Numbered from the stretch's first letter, positions 9,377 through 18,863 are shown. The stretch is DNA of 64,000 bases from an uncultured delta proteobacterium (GCA_963843145.1 CAWJJC010000003.1:64001-128000); one strand, 5' to 3'. Notes: generated from the sequence alone by a model not told the origin. A program made the numbers and translations.

Positions 9377-9446
9377 GCCAAGTAAACAATCTCTTTTCTC
9401 CTTTCCCCATAAAGCCAACTCCATAAGGGTTGGCTTTATAATTTTT
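9377..9446 (+). ncRNA. Candidate sigma54-dependent small RNA (~70 nt) with CU-rich anti-Shine-Dalgarno tract
   Basis: Lies between the sigma54 promoter and an intrinsic terminator, has no ORF, contains UCUCUUUUCUCCUUUCCCC. Confidence 0.6.
9409..9446 (+). terminator. Rho-independent terminator
   Basis: ataaagccaactc/gggttggctttat hairpin followed by aattttt. Confidence 0.7.
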
Positions 9447-9543
9447 AGCCGATTAAAAAGCCTTTTTGCCTGCCCGGCATCATTTTATTCTGGACAATAA
9501 ATAAAATTATATGTAATTATAGTATGTTATAAGGAGACTGGGA

Positions 9544-10779
9544 ATGCCCGGGCGATTCAAACAGCAAAAATCAAAAGAGGGAAGAAAGAAAGATCCTGCC
9601 TTCCAGGGAAAAGTGGATTATTGCCTTCAACGACTGGAGTCTTATCGGGGGGAAACCGATATCCTCCCGCGGGTTATTGAGGAATTGCTTCCCGGTCTGG
9701 AAGCCGATCCCACACTGGCTGAAGCTTTCCTTGTCCAGGCTACGGCTCGAAAAGATGAGCTTCTGGCGTCATTTCTAAGCCGGTTAAAAGACCGGACGGG
9801 GAGTTCAGCCCTGCGGCGGAGAATCAAAGGCGCGCTGTATCAGTTAAGCCAGCGGGGTCTTGAAATTCCGGAAGAGGCAAAAAACAAAGAGACCGGTCCA
9901 GCTATTCTGAGGCCATCCGAATCCCTGCCGCTGGAGTGCTACGTGTCGGACTTTGACCCCCTGGGTAGCCGAATGCTCACTTTGGTGATCCCCCGGGTCC
10001 CTCAGGGAAGAATTTTGGTCTTTGCCCTGGCAAACTGGGATCAGGGTCTGGAAGACTTGACGGCCTTGGAGGTTTCCAAAAAACAGGTAAAATCCCTTTT
10101 GGAGGAAAGCCAGGAGAGCTCCGGCTACCCGTTATATCCGTCCGACCCGAACCAGGTTGTCTTTCTGCTCCGGGAGGCCTATGACCGATCCCCGGCGTTG
10201 AAAACCGAGGATAAAAAGGTGTACGCGGTATTAATGACTTATCTGGAAACCATGGGTCCTTTCACCCAGCGGCCGATCATCAAGGACTTGATCCCCAGCG
10301 ATGAACAGGAAAATCAAAGCGGCGGGGATTGGGAATCCCTGAAATCGATACCGGAGCTGATGGCCTTTCAACTGCCTTCCGACCTTTTGTCTTCCTGTGC
10401 TCGGCAACTTGAGGAGATTAACAGCAGTCCCCTGGTCCTCGACGCCGGGCAGCAGAAAGAGCGTCTTCAGAGGGTCATCCAGCAGGCGGCCACGGATATT
10501 TTTACCCCGGCGCGGATTGAGAATTTTCATCGGCACCTGGAGGAGATAGCCTATCTTTACTGGCTGAAATCGGCACCCGAACTGTCCTGGGACCTGGTTG
10601 CAGCGGCAGCCAGGCTGGAAGGCGAACCTTTAGACCGGGAAAAGCGGGGAAGCCCCCTTCTGGCCTGGTTGATTGAAAAGGAATTCCAGGAAAATGAAGA
10701 AACAACGAGCGGGTCCGTCGAAGAGTCTGAAACTCGAACCGAAGGGGGGCTCATCCTCCCCCATTGGGTAAAAAAGTAG
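9544..10779 (+). CDS. Hypothetical protein (411 aa)
   Basis: Long ORF with AAGGAG RBS; no recognised motif. Confidence 0.8.
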   Translation: MPGRFKQQKSKEGRKKDPAFQGKVDYCLQRLESYRGETDILPRVIEELLPGLEADPTLAEAFLVQATARKDELLASFLSRLKDRTGSSALRRRIKGALYQLSQRGLEIPEEAKNKETGPAILRPSESLPLECYVSDFDPLGSRMLTLVIPRVPQGRILVFALANWDQGLEDLTALEVSKKQVKSLLEESQESSGYPLYPSDPNQVVFLLREAYDRSPALKTEDKKVYAVLMTYLETMGPFTQRPIIKDLIPSDEQENQSGGDWESLKSIPELMAFQLPSDLLSSCARQLEEINSSPLVLDAGQQKERLQRVIQQAATDIFTPARIENFHRHLEEIAYLYWLKSAPELSWDLVAAAARLEGEPLDREKRGSPLLAWLIEKEFQENEETTSGSVEESETRTEGGLILPHWVKK

Positions 10780-10788
10780 GAAGGTCTC

Positions 10789-11187
10789 ATGACCTCTTTA
10801 TCCGTAGCCACCAGCAGAAGGACCGAGTTCATCGACATCACCCCGGAGGTCCAAAAAGCCCTGGACCAGTCCGGCTTCAAGGAGGGCCTGCTGACCATCT
10901 TTGTCCCCCATACTACGGCCGGGGTTACCATCAACGAGGGGGCCGATCCCAGCGTCCAGGAGGACCTCCTCAACTCTTTGAATCAGGTGATCCCCTTTAA
11001 GGGGGCCTATCAACATAGGGAGGGAAACTCCCCGGCCCATATCAAGGCCAGTCTGCTGGGCTCTTCAGTGACGGTCCTGGTGGAAAAAGGGCGGATGGTT
11101 CTGGGAACCTGGCAGGCCATATTCTTCTGCGAGTTTGACGGTCCGCGGAACAGAAAGGTATATCTCCAGGCGGTGGCGGTTTCCTAA
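10789..11187 (+). CDS. yjbQ: YjbQ/UPF0047 family protein
   Basis: FVPHTTAGVTINE, EGNSPAHIKASLLG, LGTWQAIFFCEFDGPR. Confidence 0.93.
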   Translation: MTSLSVATSRRTEFIDITPEVQKALDQSGFKEGLLTIFVPHTTAGVTINEGADPSVQEDLLNSLNQVIPFKGAYQHREGNSPAHIKASLLGSSVTVLVEKGRMVLGTWQAIFFCEFDGPRNRKVYLQAVAVS

Positions 11188-11237
11188 ACTCCGGAATTAG
11201 GTCGCTAAGATATAAATTCGAAACTCGAATGGGGTGC

Positions 11238-11693
11238 TCAAAAAGTTGCGGTCCTGATAAATTCCTTCAGGGTATCCAGTTGATCCAGGGAGAGCGATTT
11301 TTTTAGCAGCCGCTGTCCAACCAAAATTGGGATTTTTTGATGCAGGGCCAGGGCGATGGCGTCACTGGGGCGGGATTCGGCGCTGATTACTTCCTGGTTC
11401 AACCGATAAACCACCTTGGCGAAATAGGTCTGGTCCTTAAAGTCATAAATCTCGACCCGGACGAATTCGATACCCGACCTATCCAGGATAGATAAATAGA
11501 GTTCATGGGTTAAGGGTCGCGGGGTTTGGACCAGCCCTTTTTCTTTCGCAATGGCCAAAATTTCAGGTTCTCCCACGAACATGATCAAAGAGGATTCGGC
11601 CAGGGCGTGTTCTTTTAAGATGAGCAGGTTGCCGTTTTCCTTTTCACTCTTCAGGATGATTTCGTGGATCGGGATAAAGATGGGATCTTCCAT
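11238..11693 (-). CDS. Bifunctional nuclease family protein (DUF151)
   Basis: PRPLTHEL, TYFAKV, SRPSDAIALAL motifs. Confidence 0.88.
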   Translation of the reverse strand: MEDPIFIPIHEIILKSEKENGNLLILKEHALAESSLIMFVGEPEILAIAKEKGLVQTPRPLTHELYLSILDRSGIEFVRVEIYDFKDQTYFAKVVYRLNQEVISAESRPSDAIALALHQKIPILVGQRLLKKSLSLDQLDTLKEFIRTATF

Positions 11694-11794
11694 AAGGGAT
11701 TCTTTTTTCGTCAGGGGTTTGAAGACGGACTTCTTACCAATTTTTCTTAGGTGATCCGCCGGAAAAGGTCAAGCTTTATTGAAGGAGTCAGACG

Positions 11795-13525
11795 ATGCAT
11801 TCGGGGATAGAATTAAAAGATTGCTTTAAATCATACACTTATGATCAGGAAAAGGCGAATTCCCCCCGGGAAACCATCGAACGGGTGCGTGCCCGGTTAA
11901 AGGAGATTGACCTGGATATCCTGAAAGAAACGGTCCGGATCGATACGGGGCGTCTGGGAATCCCGATTTATATCAGCCGCTGCGGGTCGGACGCGGTACA
12001 GGTTATCGGTACCCAAAAGCAAATGGGGAAGGGGGGGACCGCGGAACAGTCCGAGGCCAGCGCTTTAATGGAACTGGTGGAGCGGTTCAGTTTTTTTTCC
12101 TTTATCCGGGAGAGGGATTTTATCATCGAGACCTGTCAAAACATCAAAGGACAGGCCATCTCCTTTGAATCCCTGGCCCGGTGCTTTTACGATCAATCTT
12201 CGGATCTGGAGCAAATCCGGTCGCTCTGGGAGACTATCCCCCTGGCTTGGGTCTGGGCCCGCAATTTGACCGCCCAGAAAGACGTTTTGGTACCCATCGA
12301 CTGGTTTTACCTCATCCATGAATACAACGGCCCTTCGGCCGGAAACACCCAGGAGGAGGCCATTCTTCAGGGGCTCTGCGAAGTCCTGGAACGCCATGTT
12401 TCCTCGGTGATCAGCCATGATTTCCTGCTCACGCCCTCCATCGATCCGGGATCGGTTACGGACCCGGCGGCCCGGGAACTCATCGAAAAATTTGACCGAC
12501 TAGGCATTAAATTATTTTTGAAGGATTTCAGCCTGGACACGGGGATTCCCACCGTAGGTTCCTTGGCGTATGACCCGACCACCTTCCCGGAAAAAAGCGA
12601 GATCGTTTTTACCGCCGGAACCACTCCCAACCCGGAGAAATCCCTGATTCGGGCGGTAACCGAGATCGCTCAATTAGCAGGCGACTTTGTCAACCGGACT
12701 CAATACCGTCCCACCCTGCCCAAGTTCCAGCGGCTTGAGGAGGCCCAATACGTAATGGCCAACCCCGGAACGGTCTCCATCCAGGAACTGCCGAATTTAA
12801 CCCAAGACAATATCCGGTTGGAAATCGAGGCCTGCGCCCAGGCCTTAAGCCGGGTGGGGCTGGAAGTTTATATCGTGAATACCACGCACCTACGGTTGGG
12901 AATACCGGCGGTCTACACGATCATCCCGGGGGCCCATTTTCGAGATCGTACCCGGCACACCGGTGTATTGTTTCATTTGTCCAAACTGGTTTCCATGATG
13001 GAAGACCCGGGGGAGGCGGTCCGGGAACTCCGGAAGATTCACCAGGTCTTTCCGAACCGATACGAAGTCAATTTCTTCATGGGGTTCGCCCTGGAGCGGA
13101 ATGAACAGCCGGAAGAGGCCCTGGTTCATCTACAGCAAGCCCTTGGCCAACATCCCAGGGATATTGATCTTAGCAGCATCCACTGTCATGTCGGCGTCTG
13201 TCTGAAGGACCTGGAACGTTTTGAGGAGGCTATCGAGTCCTTGAAAAAGGCCAAATCACACAATGATGCCCAAAAAGAGATTTATAACACCCTGGGTTTC
13301 TGCTATTTTAAAATCAAGGAACATCATCAGGCCATCGAGGCCTTTGAACGAGCCATTGAAATTGACCCCGGATCAGGGATCGATTACGCCAATATCGGGT
13401 CCAATTTGCGGGAATTGGGGCATATTCAGGAGGCCATCCATTGTTACCGGATCGCCCTGGAACTGGACCCGACCCTTGATTTTGCCCGAACGAATATTGA
13501 ACGGCTATCGGCAGGGGGGAGTTAA
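11795..13525 (+). CDS. YcaO-family protein with C-terminal TPR repeats
   Basis: QMGKGG..QSEASALMELVER, NGPSAGNTQEEAILQGLCEVLERH, RAVTEIAQ; about four TPRs at the C-terminus. Confidence 0.9.
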   Translation: MHSGIELKDCFKSYTYDQEKANSPRETIERVRARLKEIDLDILKETVRIDTGRLGIPIYISRCGSDAVQVIGTQKQMGKGGTAEQSEASALMELVERFSFFSFIRERDFIIETCQNIKGQAISFESLARCFYDQSSDLEQIRSLWETIPLAWVWARNLTAQKDVLVPIDWFYLIHEYNGPSAGNTQEEAILQGLCEVLERHVSSVISHDFLLTPSIDPGSVTDPAARELIEKFDRLGIKLFLKDFSLDTGIPTVGSLAYDPTTFPEKSEIVFTAGTTPNPEKSLIRAVTEIAQLAGDFVNRTQYRPTLPKFQRLEEAQYVMANPGTVSIQELPNLTQDNIRLEIEACAQALSRVGLEVYIVNTTHLRLGIPAVYTIIPGAHFRDRTRHTGVLFHLSKLVSMMEDPGEAVRELRKIHQVFPNRYEVNFFMGFALERNEQPEEALVHLQQALGQHPRDIDLSSIHCHVGVCLKDLERFEEAIESLKKAKSHNDAQKEIYNTLGFCYFKIKEHHQAIEAFERAIEIDPGSGIDYANIGSNLRELGHIQEAIHCYRIALELDPTLDFARTNIERLSAGGS

Positions 13526-13628
13526 AGCCCCCCTTTGGCCACGCTACGGCAAGGAAGGCGGCGAGGGACATTAACACTCCCCCCTAAGACCCCGCTGACA
13601 TAAATTTACGCAAACGAAAGCCTTTTTT

Positions 13629-14319
13629 ATGTTCGATTATTTATCCGTTTTTGAAAAATACGAAGCCCTGGTCCAGGAGGTGGACCGGGCCATCGGCCGG
13701 GTTCAGGAGACCCATCCGGACCAGATCCGCTGTCACCGGGGTTGTTCGGACTGTTGTTCCGCGGTGTTCGATCTGACCCTGGTCGAGGCCTTTTATTTAA
13801 ATGCGCATTATCATTGGGAATTGCCCGAGGAGCAGCGTCTGGCTATCACCGAGCGCGCGGAGACGGCCGACCGGCAGTTCTATCAGATCAAGCACAAGCT
13901 GCACCGGATGCGGCTGCGGGAAGGGAAAACGGATCAGGAATTGCTTTGGTACCTGGCGGAGCAACGGGTCCGCTGTCCTTTGCTGAACACCGCGGAAGGC
14001 TGCGATCTCTATGCCTATCCGGCCGATCACCTGCCGGGTATACGGGATCCCCACGGCTATTCAGGGGGAACCCCGCATTTGCGAGCTTTCTGGATTTGAA
14101 TCCGGCCACTCTTATCCTACCATCCATCTCGACCGGATCAACGATCGGCTTTTTTCGCTCTCCCGTTATTTGCTGGGGGAAGCCGGGATAGCAGACCCGG
14201 ACCAGAAATTGAACGGGCTGCTGGTCCCGGCCTCCGAGGCCTTAATGACTGAATATCATGAGGATTATTTTCGTCTTTTAGCTAAAAGGAGCCTCCAGGA
14301 TGCCGTTGTCAACGCTTGA
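13629..14319 (+). CDS. YkgJ/UPF0153 cysteine-cluster protein, split by a +1 frameshift at 14019-14020 (229 aa when corrected)
   Basis: CHRGCSDCC...RCPLL...CDLYAY in one frame continues as RPITCRVYG...C in the next; removing one C restores YAYRPITCR. Confidence 0.85.
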
Positions 14320-14650
14320 AGTGGAAACAAGGAAGAAAGCCATTTTTGACCAGATGTCGCCCCGGCAGCAAAAGGTGGTTCTGAGGAAGGGTTACGAACG
14401 CTGGGATCCTTTTGTCGAACCCAATGATCCCATCGATTTGCGCAAAGGTAAAATGAAGGCCACGGCCACTGAATTGGCCAAGGCTTTCTTAGTCAGTTGC
14501 TCGCCGGAGGCCTATAGTAATTCTTTCGGCCAAGGGGTTTGGGAGATCTGCCTGGGATTGGTCAATGACGATGAAAAGTATCGCGGGATGTACGAGTTTG
14601 CCGTCTGGCATGCGCAGCAATTGAAGGCCAGGAACAAAGAGGATCTATAA
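14300..14650 (+). CDS. Hypothetical protein (116 aa)
   Basis: AAGGAG RBS, overlaps the end of the YkgJ gene. Confidence 0.75.
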   Translation: MPLSTLEVETRKKAIFDQMSPRQQKVVLRKGYERWDPFVEPNDPIDLRKGKMKATATELAKAFLVSCSPEAYSNSFGQGVWEICLGLVNDDEKYRGMYEFAVWHAQQLKARNKEDL

Positions 14651-14681
14651 ATTCGTAATTCGAAGCACGAAATCCGAAGCG

Positions 14682-15053
14682 TCAACTATTTTTGGCCAAC
14701 AACTTGATAAAAATAAAGGCCCCCCGGCCGGTTTTGTAGGTCCACTTCCCTCCCAGGACCCGGTGTTCGAAGGGGTTATAGCCTTCCAGATGCTTGATCG
14801 AGTAGTCTTGGTCCGCTTCCAGGGCCAGGGCCTTGTCCCAGTCGTCCTGGCTGGCTAAAACCAGGCCTTCCATCAGGGCCGCGCCCAGATTGTTCCCGGT
14901 GGAATCATACACCGCGATGGCTTCACAGGAGCAGGTCCATTTAAAAAAGTCGCCCTGGCTTCTGGACAATTTGGCCGGGGGCCGACCGAAAGCTTGCTGG
15001 CAGAAAGGGCAGCGGGGAATCTCGGATTCCCGTCGTCTGAATTGCTGGTGCAT
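14682..15053 (-). CDS. Hypothetical protein with CPFC...CSC (possible zinc ribbon)
   Basis: 123-aa ORF filling the gap, four Cys in two pairs. Confidence 0.7.
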   Translation of the reverse strand: MHQQFRRRESEIPRCPFCQQAFGRPPAKLSRSQGDFFKWTCSCEAIAVYDSTGNNLGAALMEGLVLASQDDWDKALALEADQDYSIKHLEGYNPFEHRVLGGKWTYKTGRGAFIFIKLLAKNS

Positions 15054-15147
15054 AGTTTGCCTTTATTGTTTTGTGCTTAGTTGATAGAATAAGAACCGGC
15101 CCCGGCCTTGTCAATCCATTCCGGAAGGCCATAGAAAGGAACGTATT

Positions 15148-15789
15148 ATGAACAAACCCTTGGTGCTGACCCAGACCCAGAACACGGATGACTATATCGA
15201 GGAACTTAAGCTCGCCCTGGCCAAGAATATGGACTGCGGGACCACCCATTACAACCTGGCGGTGGCCCTGGTCAGCAAGGGTTTGTGGGAGGAAGCCAAA
15301 GGAGAATTCAAGGCCGCCATTGAAGGCAGTCCCTCCCTGGCCGAGGCCTATGTGGATTTAGGCGGTCTTTATTTCCAAGAGGGCGATGTGGAGAACTGCA
15401 TCCGTCTTAATCTTGAGGCCATTAAGGTGCGGCCCAAGTTTTCCGTTCCTTATGGAAACGTGGGCTTCGCCTACCTGCAAAAAGGAGACGTGGATGCGGC
15501 CATCGACATCCTGGAAAAAGCGATGGAAATCAACCCCCAATTTGTCCAGGCCCTGACAACCCTGGCCAGCGCGTACTTCATGAAAGGCCGGTTAGAGGAC
15601 AGTATTACGACCTCTTTGAAGGCCCTGGAACTGGCGCCAAATTTTGGGGTCGCCCATAACAACCTGGCCTTAGGCTACCTGGAAAAGGGGGAACACCGGA
15701 AAGCGATCCAGCACCTTGACCTGGCGGCGGCCAACGGGTTCGCCGTTGATCCTGAATTCCTTAAAGAACTGGAACCGTATCGGGAGTAG
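15148..15789 (+). CDS. Tetratricopeptide repeat protein
   Basis: Repeating HYNLAVAL/AYVDLGGLY/PYGNVGFAY/AHNNLALGY units. Confidence 0.9.
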   Translation: MNKPLVLTQTQNTDDYIEELKLALAKNMDCGTTHYNLAVALVSKGLWEEAKGEFKAAIEGSPSLAEAYVDLGGLYFQEGDVENCIRLNLEAIKVRPKFSVPYGNVGFAYLQKGDVDAAIDILEKAMEINPQFVQALTTLASAYFMKGRLEDSITTSLKALELAPNFGVAHNNLALGYLEKGEHRKAIQHLDLAAANGFAVDPEFLKELEPYRE

Positions 15790-15811
15790 TATGTAAATAG
15801 CCTCAGCCCTG

Positions 15812-15900
15812 GTCATTGCGAGCGGAGCGAAGCAATCCCCCGATTGAGCTTGGGGAGCGTTGTGAGCCAACTGGGGGATTGCTTCGTCACTTCGTTCCTC
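15812..15900. repeat. GTCATTGCGAG...GAAGCAATC palindromic (REP-like) element, one arm truncated
   Basis: gtcattgcgagcggagcgaagcaatccccc ... gggggattgcttcgtcacttcgttcctc; homologous to 43055-43151. Confidence 0.8.
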
Positions 15901-15925
15901 TAATTTAATAACAGAAACGAGTTCT

Positions 15926-15956
15926 GAATGTCGAACGCCCAACATCGAATGTCGAA
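15926..15956. repeat. 7-nt periodic array (AATGTCG/AACATCG family)
   Basis: gaatgtcgaacgcccaacatcgaatgtcgaa. Confidence 0.6.
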
Positions 15957-15995
15957 AGGGCGTTTCGTGATGGTACCCGGAGGAACAGACTGCTT

Positions 15996-17150
15996 TTGCC
16001 TTATTCCCCTCCCATCCGCTTCCTGGGGTCCTCCTTATTAGGAAAAATCCCGCTTACGGGACTCGATCCGCAGACGATCATTCCCCTGGAGCGCCCGGGG
16101 ACTGGAAAGGCCTCCGGGTTTCCCCTGGCCGTCTACTTCCAGGCCATCCAGCAGGTTATCGAGAAAGGGGAGTATGGGGGACTGCTGGGCGCATTAAGCA
16201 CCCGATTGGACCGTAAGGTAACCATCCAAGAAATAAAGGAAATCCTGCTTTTTTCCGAAAAGCACGGCAGCGATTACCACCCGGCCCGGGTCGAGGTGTG
16301 CCTCTCTGATCAAGTGATCCCCCTGGTCATGAACGTGGCCCTCACCGACAGGGGGCGGTTGGTTTTAGCCCACGAGTTTGGAGTGTTGGATGAACTCAAC
16401 CGGAAACCTGCCCGGTCTTACCTTCCCCAGGCGTATTTTTGGGATGAAGCGGAGGTCGCTTCCGTTCAAGAGGGCCAACTTTCTCTGCCAATGTACCTGG
16501 CCGAGTGGCTGGAGGGATTTCATGAATTCCACCTTTCCCGGGACCCGGCCGACGGTGAACAGAAGTTGGTCTTGTGGGATTCGGCCCGCTCCGACCATTA
16601 CCTGCCCGACCGGACTGTTAAAGATATCTTTAGAGAAATCGCTTATATAGTAACTTCTTATTATGACCTGGAGACCTTTGCCCAGATCCATCCCTGGCAT
16701 CTGGCGGCCGGGGATTTCATTGCCCGCCTAGCAGAGGACAGCGTCGAGGTCCGGCTGGTGGCTGCCCGGCAGTACGGACCCCTGATCGGTCCCCCGGATT
16801 TGCCCCGAGAGGAAGCCTTGCTGTTTTTCCTGCTGAATTTAAGTGTTCGGATCCGCTTGGATCGGGTGGACGGGGTAGGGGAGGTAGCCTGGGCGACGGA
16901 TCATTGCCTGCGCCCGATGCTTGAAGGCTTCTTCCTAGCCCTGAAGGAAAAATCAGGAAGAGGAGAAATACCCGACGAATTTTTGTCCTATTCCCGGGGC
17001 TACTTGAAATCCCAAACCTTGGAGGACCTGGAGGGGCTTTTCCCCGCCCTGGTGGACTCAGTCAATCCCTCCGCCCCGGACCTTCCGGTTATCCGGATGC
17101 ATTTGGATGAGCATATCAGGGATGTTTTTAGCCAGCTCAGCGCTTTGTGA
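15996..17150 (+). CDS. Hypothetical protein immediately upstream of dsrA (start uncertain)
   Basis: 384-aa ORF with GGAGG upstream. Confidence 0.8.
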   Translation: MPYSPPIRFLGSSLLGKIPLTGLDPQTIIPLERPGTGKASGFPLAVYFQAIQQVIEKGEYGGLLGALSTRLDRKVTIQEIKEILLFSEKHGSDYHPARVEVCLSDQVIPLVMNVALTDRGRLVLAHEFGVLDELNRKPARSYLPQAYFWDEAEVASVQEGQLSLPMYLAEWLEGFHEFHLSRDPADGEQKLVLWDSARSDHYLPDRTVKDIFREIAYIVTSYYDLETFAQIHPWHLAAGDFIARLAEDSVEVRLVAARQYGPLIGPPDLPREEALLFFLLNLSVRIRLDRVDGVGEVAWATDHCLRPMLEGFFLALKEKSGRGEIPDEFLSYSRGYLKSQTLEDLEGLFPALVDSVNPSAPDLPVIRMHLDEHIRDVFSQLSAL

Positions 17151-17262
17151 TCCGGAATGGAAACCCCCCGTCTTTAAGGGGGGGGTTGGGTCTAATTCCG
17201 CCCTCTTTGGATGGAAAAGGGTATTCCACCATTGGTAACCGTTGCGCAATCTTGTTTTTTTG

Positions 17263-17292
17263 TTGACAAAAAGGGAGATATGGGACTATAGA
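17263..17292 (+). promoter_or_regulatory. Putative sigma70 promoter of the dsr operon
   Basis: TTGACA-N18-TATAGA in the AT-rich region upstream of dsrA. Confidence 0.45.
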
Positions 17293-17539
17293 ACGCAGTT
17301 ATATTTAAATGGCTAAATTCTTTTTCTTTTTCGGTCCCCTTTTTCTAGATAACAACATAACAACCGGTGAGTTACCTAATTATATGTTTTTGAAATCATG
17401 TGAAAAAGGAGACAATATAACGAGGGAACAAGGTAGATTTTTGAAAGGAGGTGAACCGGTTTCCATTCCATCTATAAAGGCAAGGCTATATTTCTTTTAT
17501 ATAAATTTGAAATAAAACCAAAAAAGGGAGGTTTAACGA

Positions 17540-18850
17540 ATGAAACACAAAACACCCCTGCTGGATCAGTTAGAAAGCGGGCCCTGGCCAAGCTTTGTTT
17601 CGGACATCAAGCGGGAGGCCGAAGCGCGGGCCAAGAACGAAAAAGGCGTGGATTTTCAGATCCCGGTCGAGGTTTGTGATGATATTCTGGGCGTGATGGA
17701 GCTGACTTACGAGCAGAAGGAGACCCACTGGAAACACGGCGGTATCGTCGGAGTTTTCGGGTATGGCGGCGGGGTTATCGGCCGTTATTGCGACCAGCCG
17801 GAGATGTTTCCCGGCGTGGCCCACTTCCACACCATTCGGGTCAATCAACCGGGCGGGAAATATTATTCCACAGACTATTTAAAGAAGTTATGCGACATGT
17901 GGGATAGGCGGGGCAGCGGGCTGACCAACATGCACGGTTCCACCGGGGACATCATCCTCTTGGGAACCTATACCCACCAACTGGAAGAGGTCTTTTATGA
18001 ATTAACCCATGACTTTAACCAGGACCTGGGCGGGTCGGGCTCTAACCTGCGGACCCCTTCGGATTGCCTGGGCATGTCCCGCTGTGAGTACGCCTGCTAC
18101 GATACCATGGCCCTGTGTTATGATCTGACCAATGAGTATCAGGATTTTCTACACCGGCCGGCCTTCCCCTATAAGTTCAAGTTTAAATTCGACGGTTGCC
18201 CCAATTGCTGCGTGGCCTCCATTGCCCGATCCGATATGTCCTTTATCGGGACCTGGCGGGACGACATCCGGATTGACCAGAAGGCGGTCCAGGCCTACGT
18301 GGGCGGGGAAATTCCGCCCAACGCCGGCGCCTTCAAGGGAAGGGATTGGGGGGCTTTTGATATCAACGCCGAGGTCATCGATCTCTGCCCCACCAAATGC
18401 ATGTCCTGGGACGGTAAGCAACTGAAAATCTACACCCCGGAATGCACCCGTTGCATGCATTGCATCAATGTCATGCCCCAGGCCCTGCGGATCGGTGAAG
18501 ACCGCGGCGTGGCCATCCTTTGCGGGGCCAAGGCCCCCATCCTGGACGGCGCCCAGATGGGCTCGCTGCTGGTGCCCTTCATGAAGGTGGAGCCGCCTTA
18601 TACCGAGATCAAAGATCTGATTGAGAAGATCTGGGATTGGTGGATGGAAGAAGGGAAAAACCGGGAACGACTGGGCGAGCTGATGAAACGTCAGGGTTTC
18701 CAAAAACTCCTGGAGGCCACCGGTCTGGAACCGATTCCCCAAATGGTCAAGGAACCCCGGACCAATCCCTATATTTTCTGGCGGGCGGATGAAGTTCCCG
18801 GCGGGTTTGAACGCGACATTAATGAATATCGCAAGCACCATCTGCGTTAG
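17540..18850 (+). CDS. dsrA: Dissimilatory sulfite reductase alpha subunit
   Basis: TPLLDQLESGPWPSFV, THWKHGGIVGVFGYGGGVIGRY, siroheme-[4Fe-4S] CX5C..CX3C, YKFKFK. Confidence 0.99.
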   Translation: MKHKTPLLDQLESGPWPSFVSDIKREAEARAKNEKGVDFQIPVEVCDDILGVMELTYEQKETHWKHGGIVGVFGYGGGVIGRYCDQPEMFPGVAHFHTIRVNQPGGKYYSTDYLKKLCDMWDRRGSGLTNMHGSTGDIILLGTYTHQLEEVFYELTHDFNQDLGGSGSNLRTPSDCLGMSRCEYACYDTMALCYDLTNEYQDFLHRPAFPYKFKFKFDGCPNCCVASIARSDMSFIGTWRDDIRIDQKAVQAYVGGEIPPNAGAFKGRDWGAFDINAEVIDLCPTKCMSWDGKQLKIYTPECTRCMHCINVMPQALRIGEDRGVAILCGAKAPILDGAQMGSLLVPFMKVEPPYTEIKDLIEKIWDWWMEEGKNRERLGELMKRQGFQKLLEATGLEPIPQMVKEPRTNPYIFWRADEVPGGFERDINEYRKHHLR

Positions 18851-18863
18851 GAGGTGAGCACTC

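Noticed and set aside
11795-15789. Classical RiPP (TOMM or thioamitide) biosynthetic cluster
   Set aside because: No precursor peptide, TfuA, dehydrogenase, peptidase or exporter is visible.
17380-17420. Rex operator upstream of dsrA
   Set aside because: tgtgaaaaaggagacaa matches only half of TTGTGAA-N4-TTCACAA.
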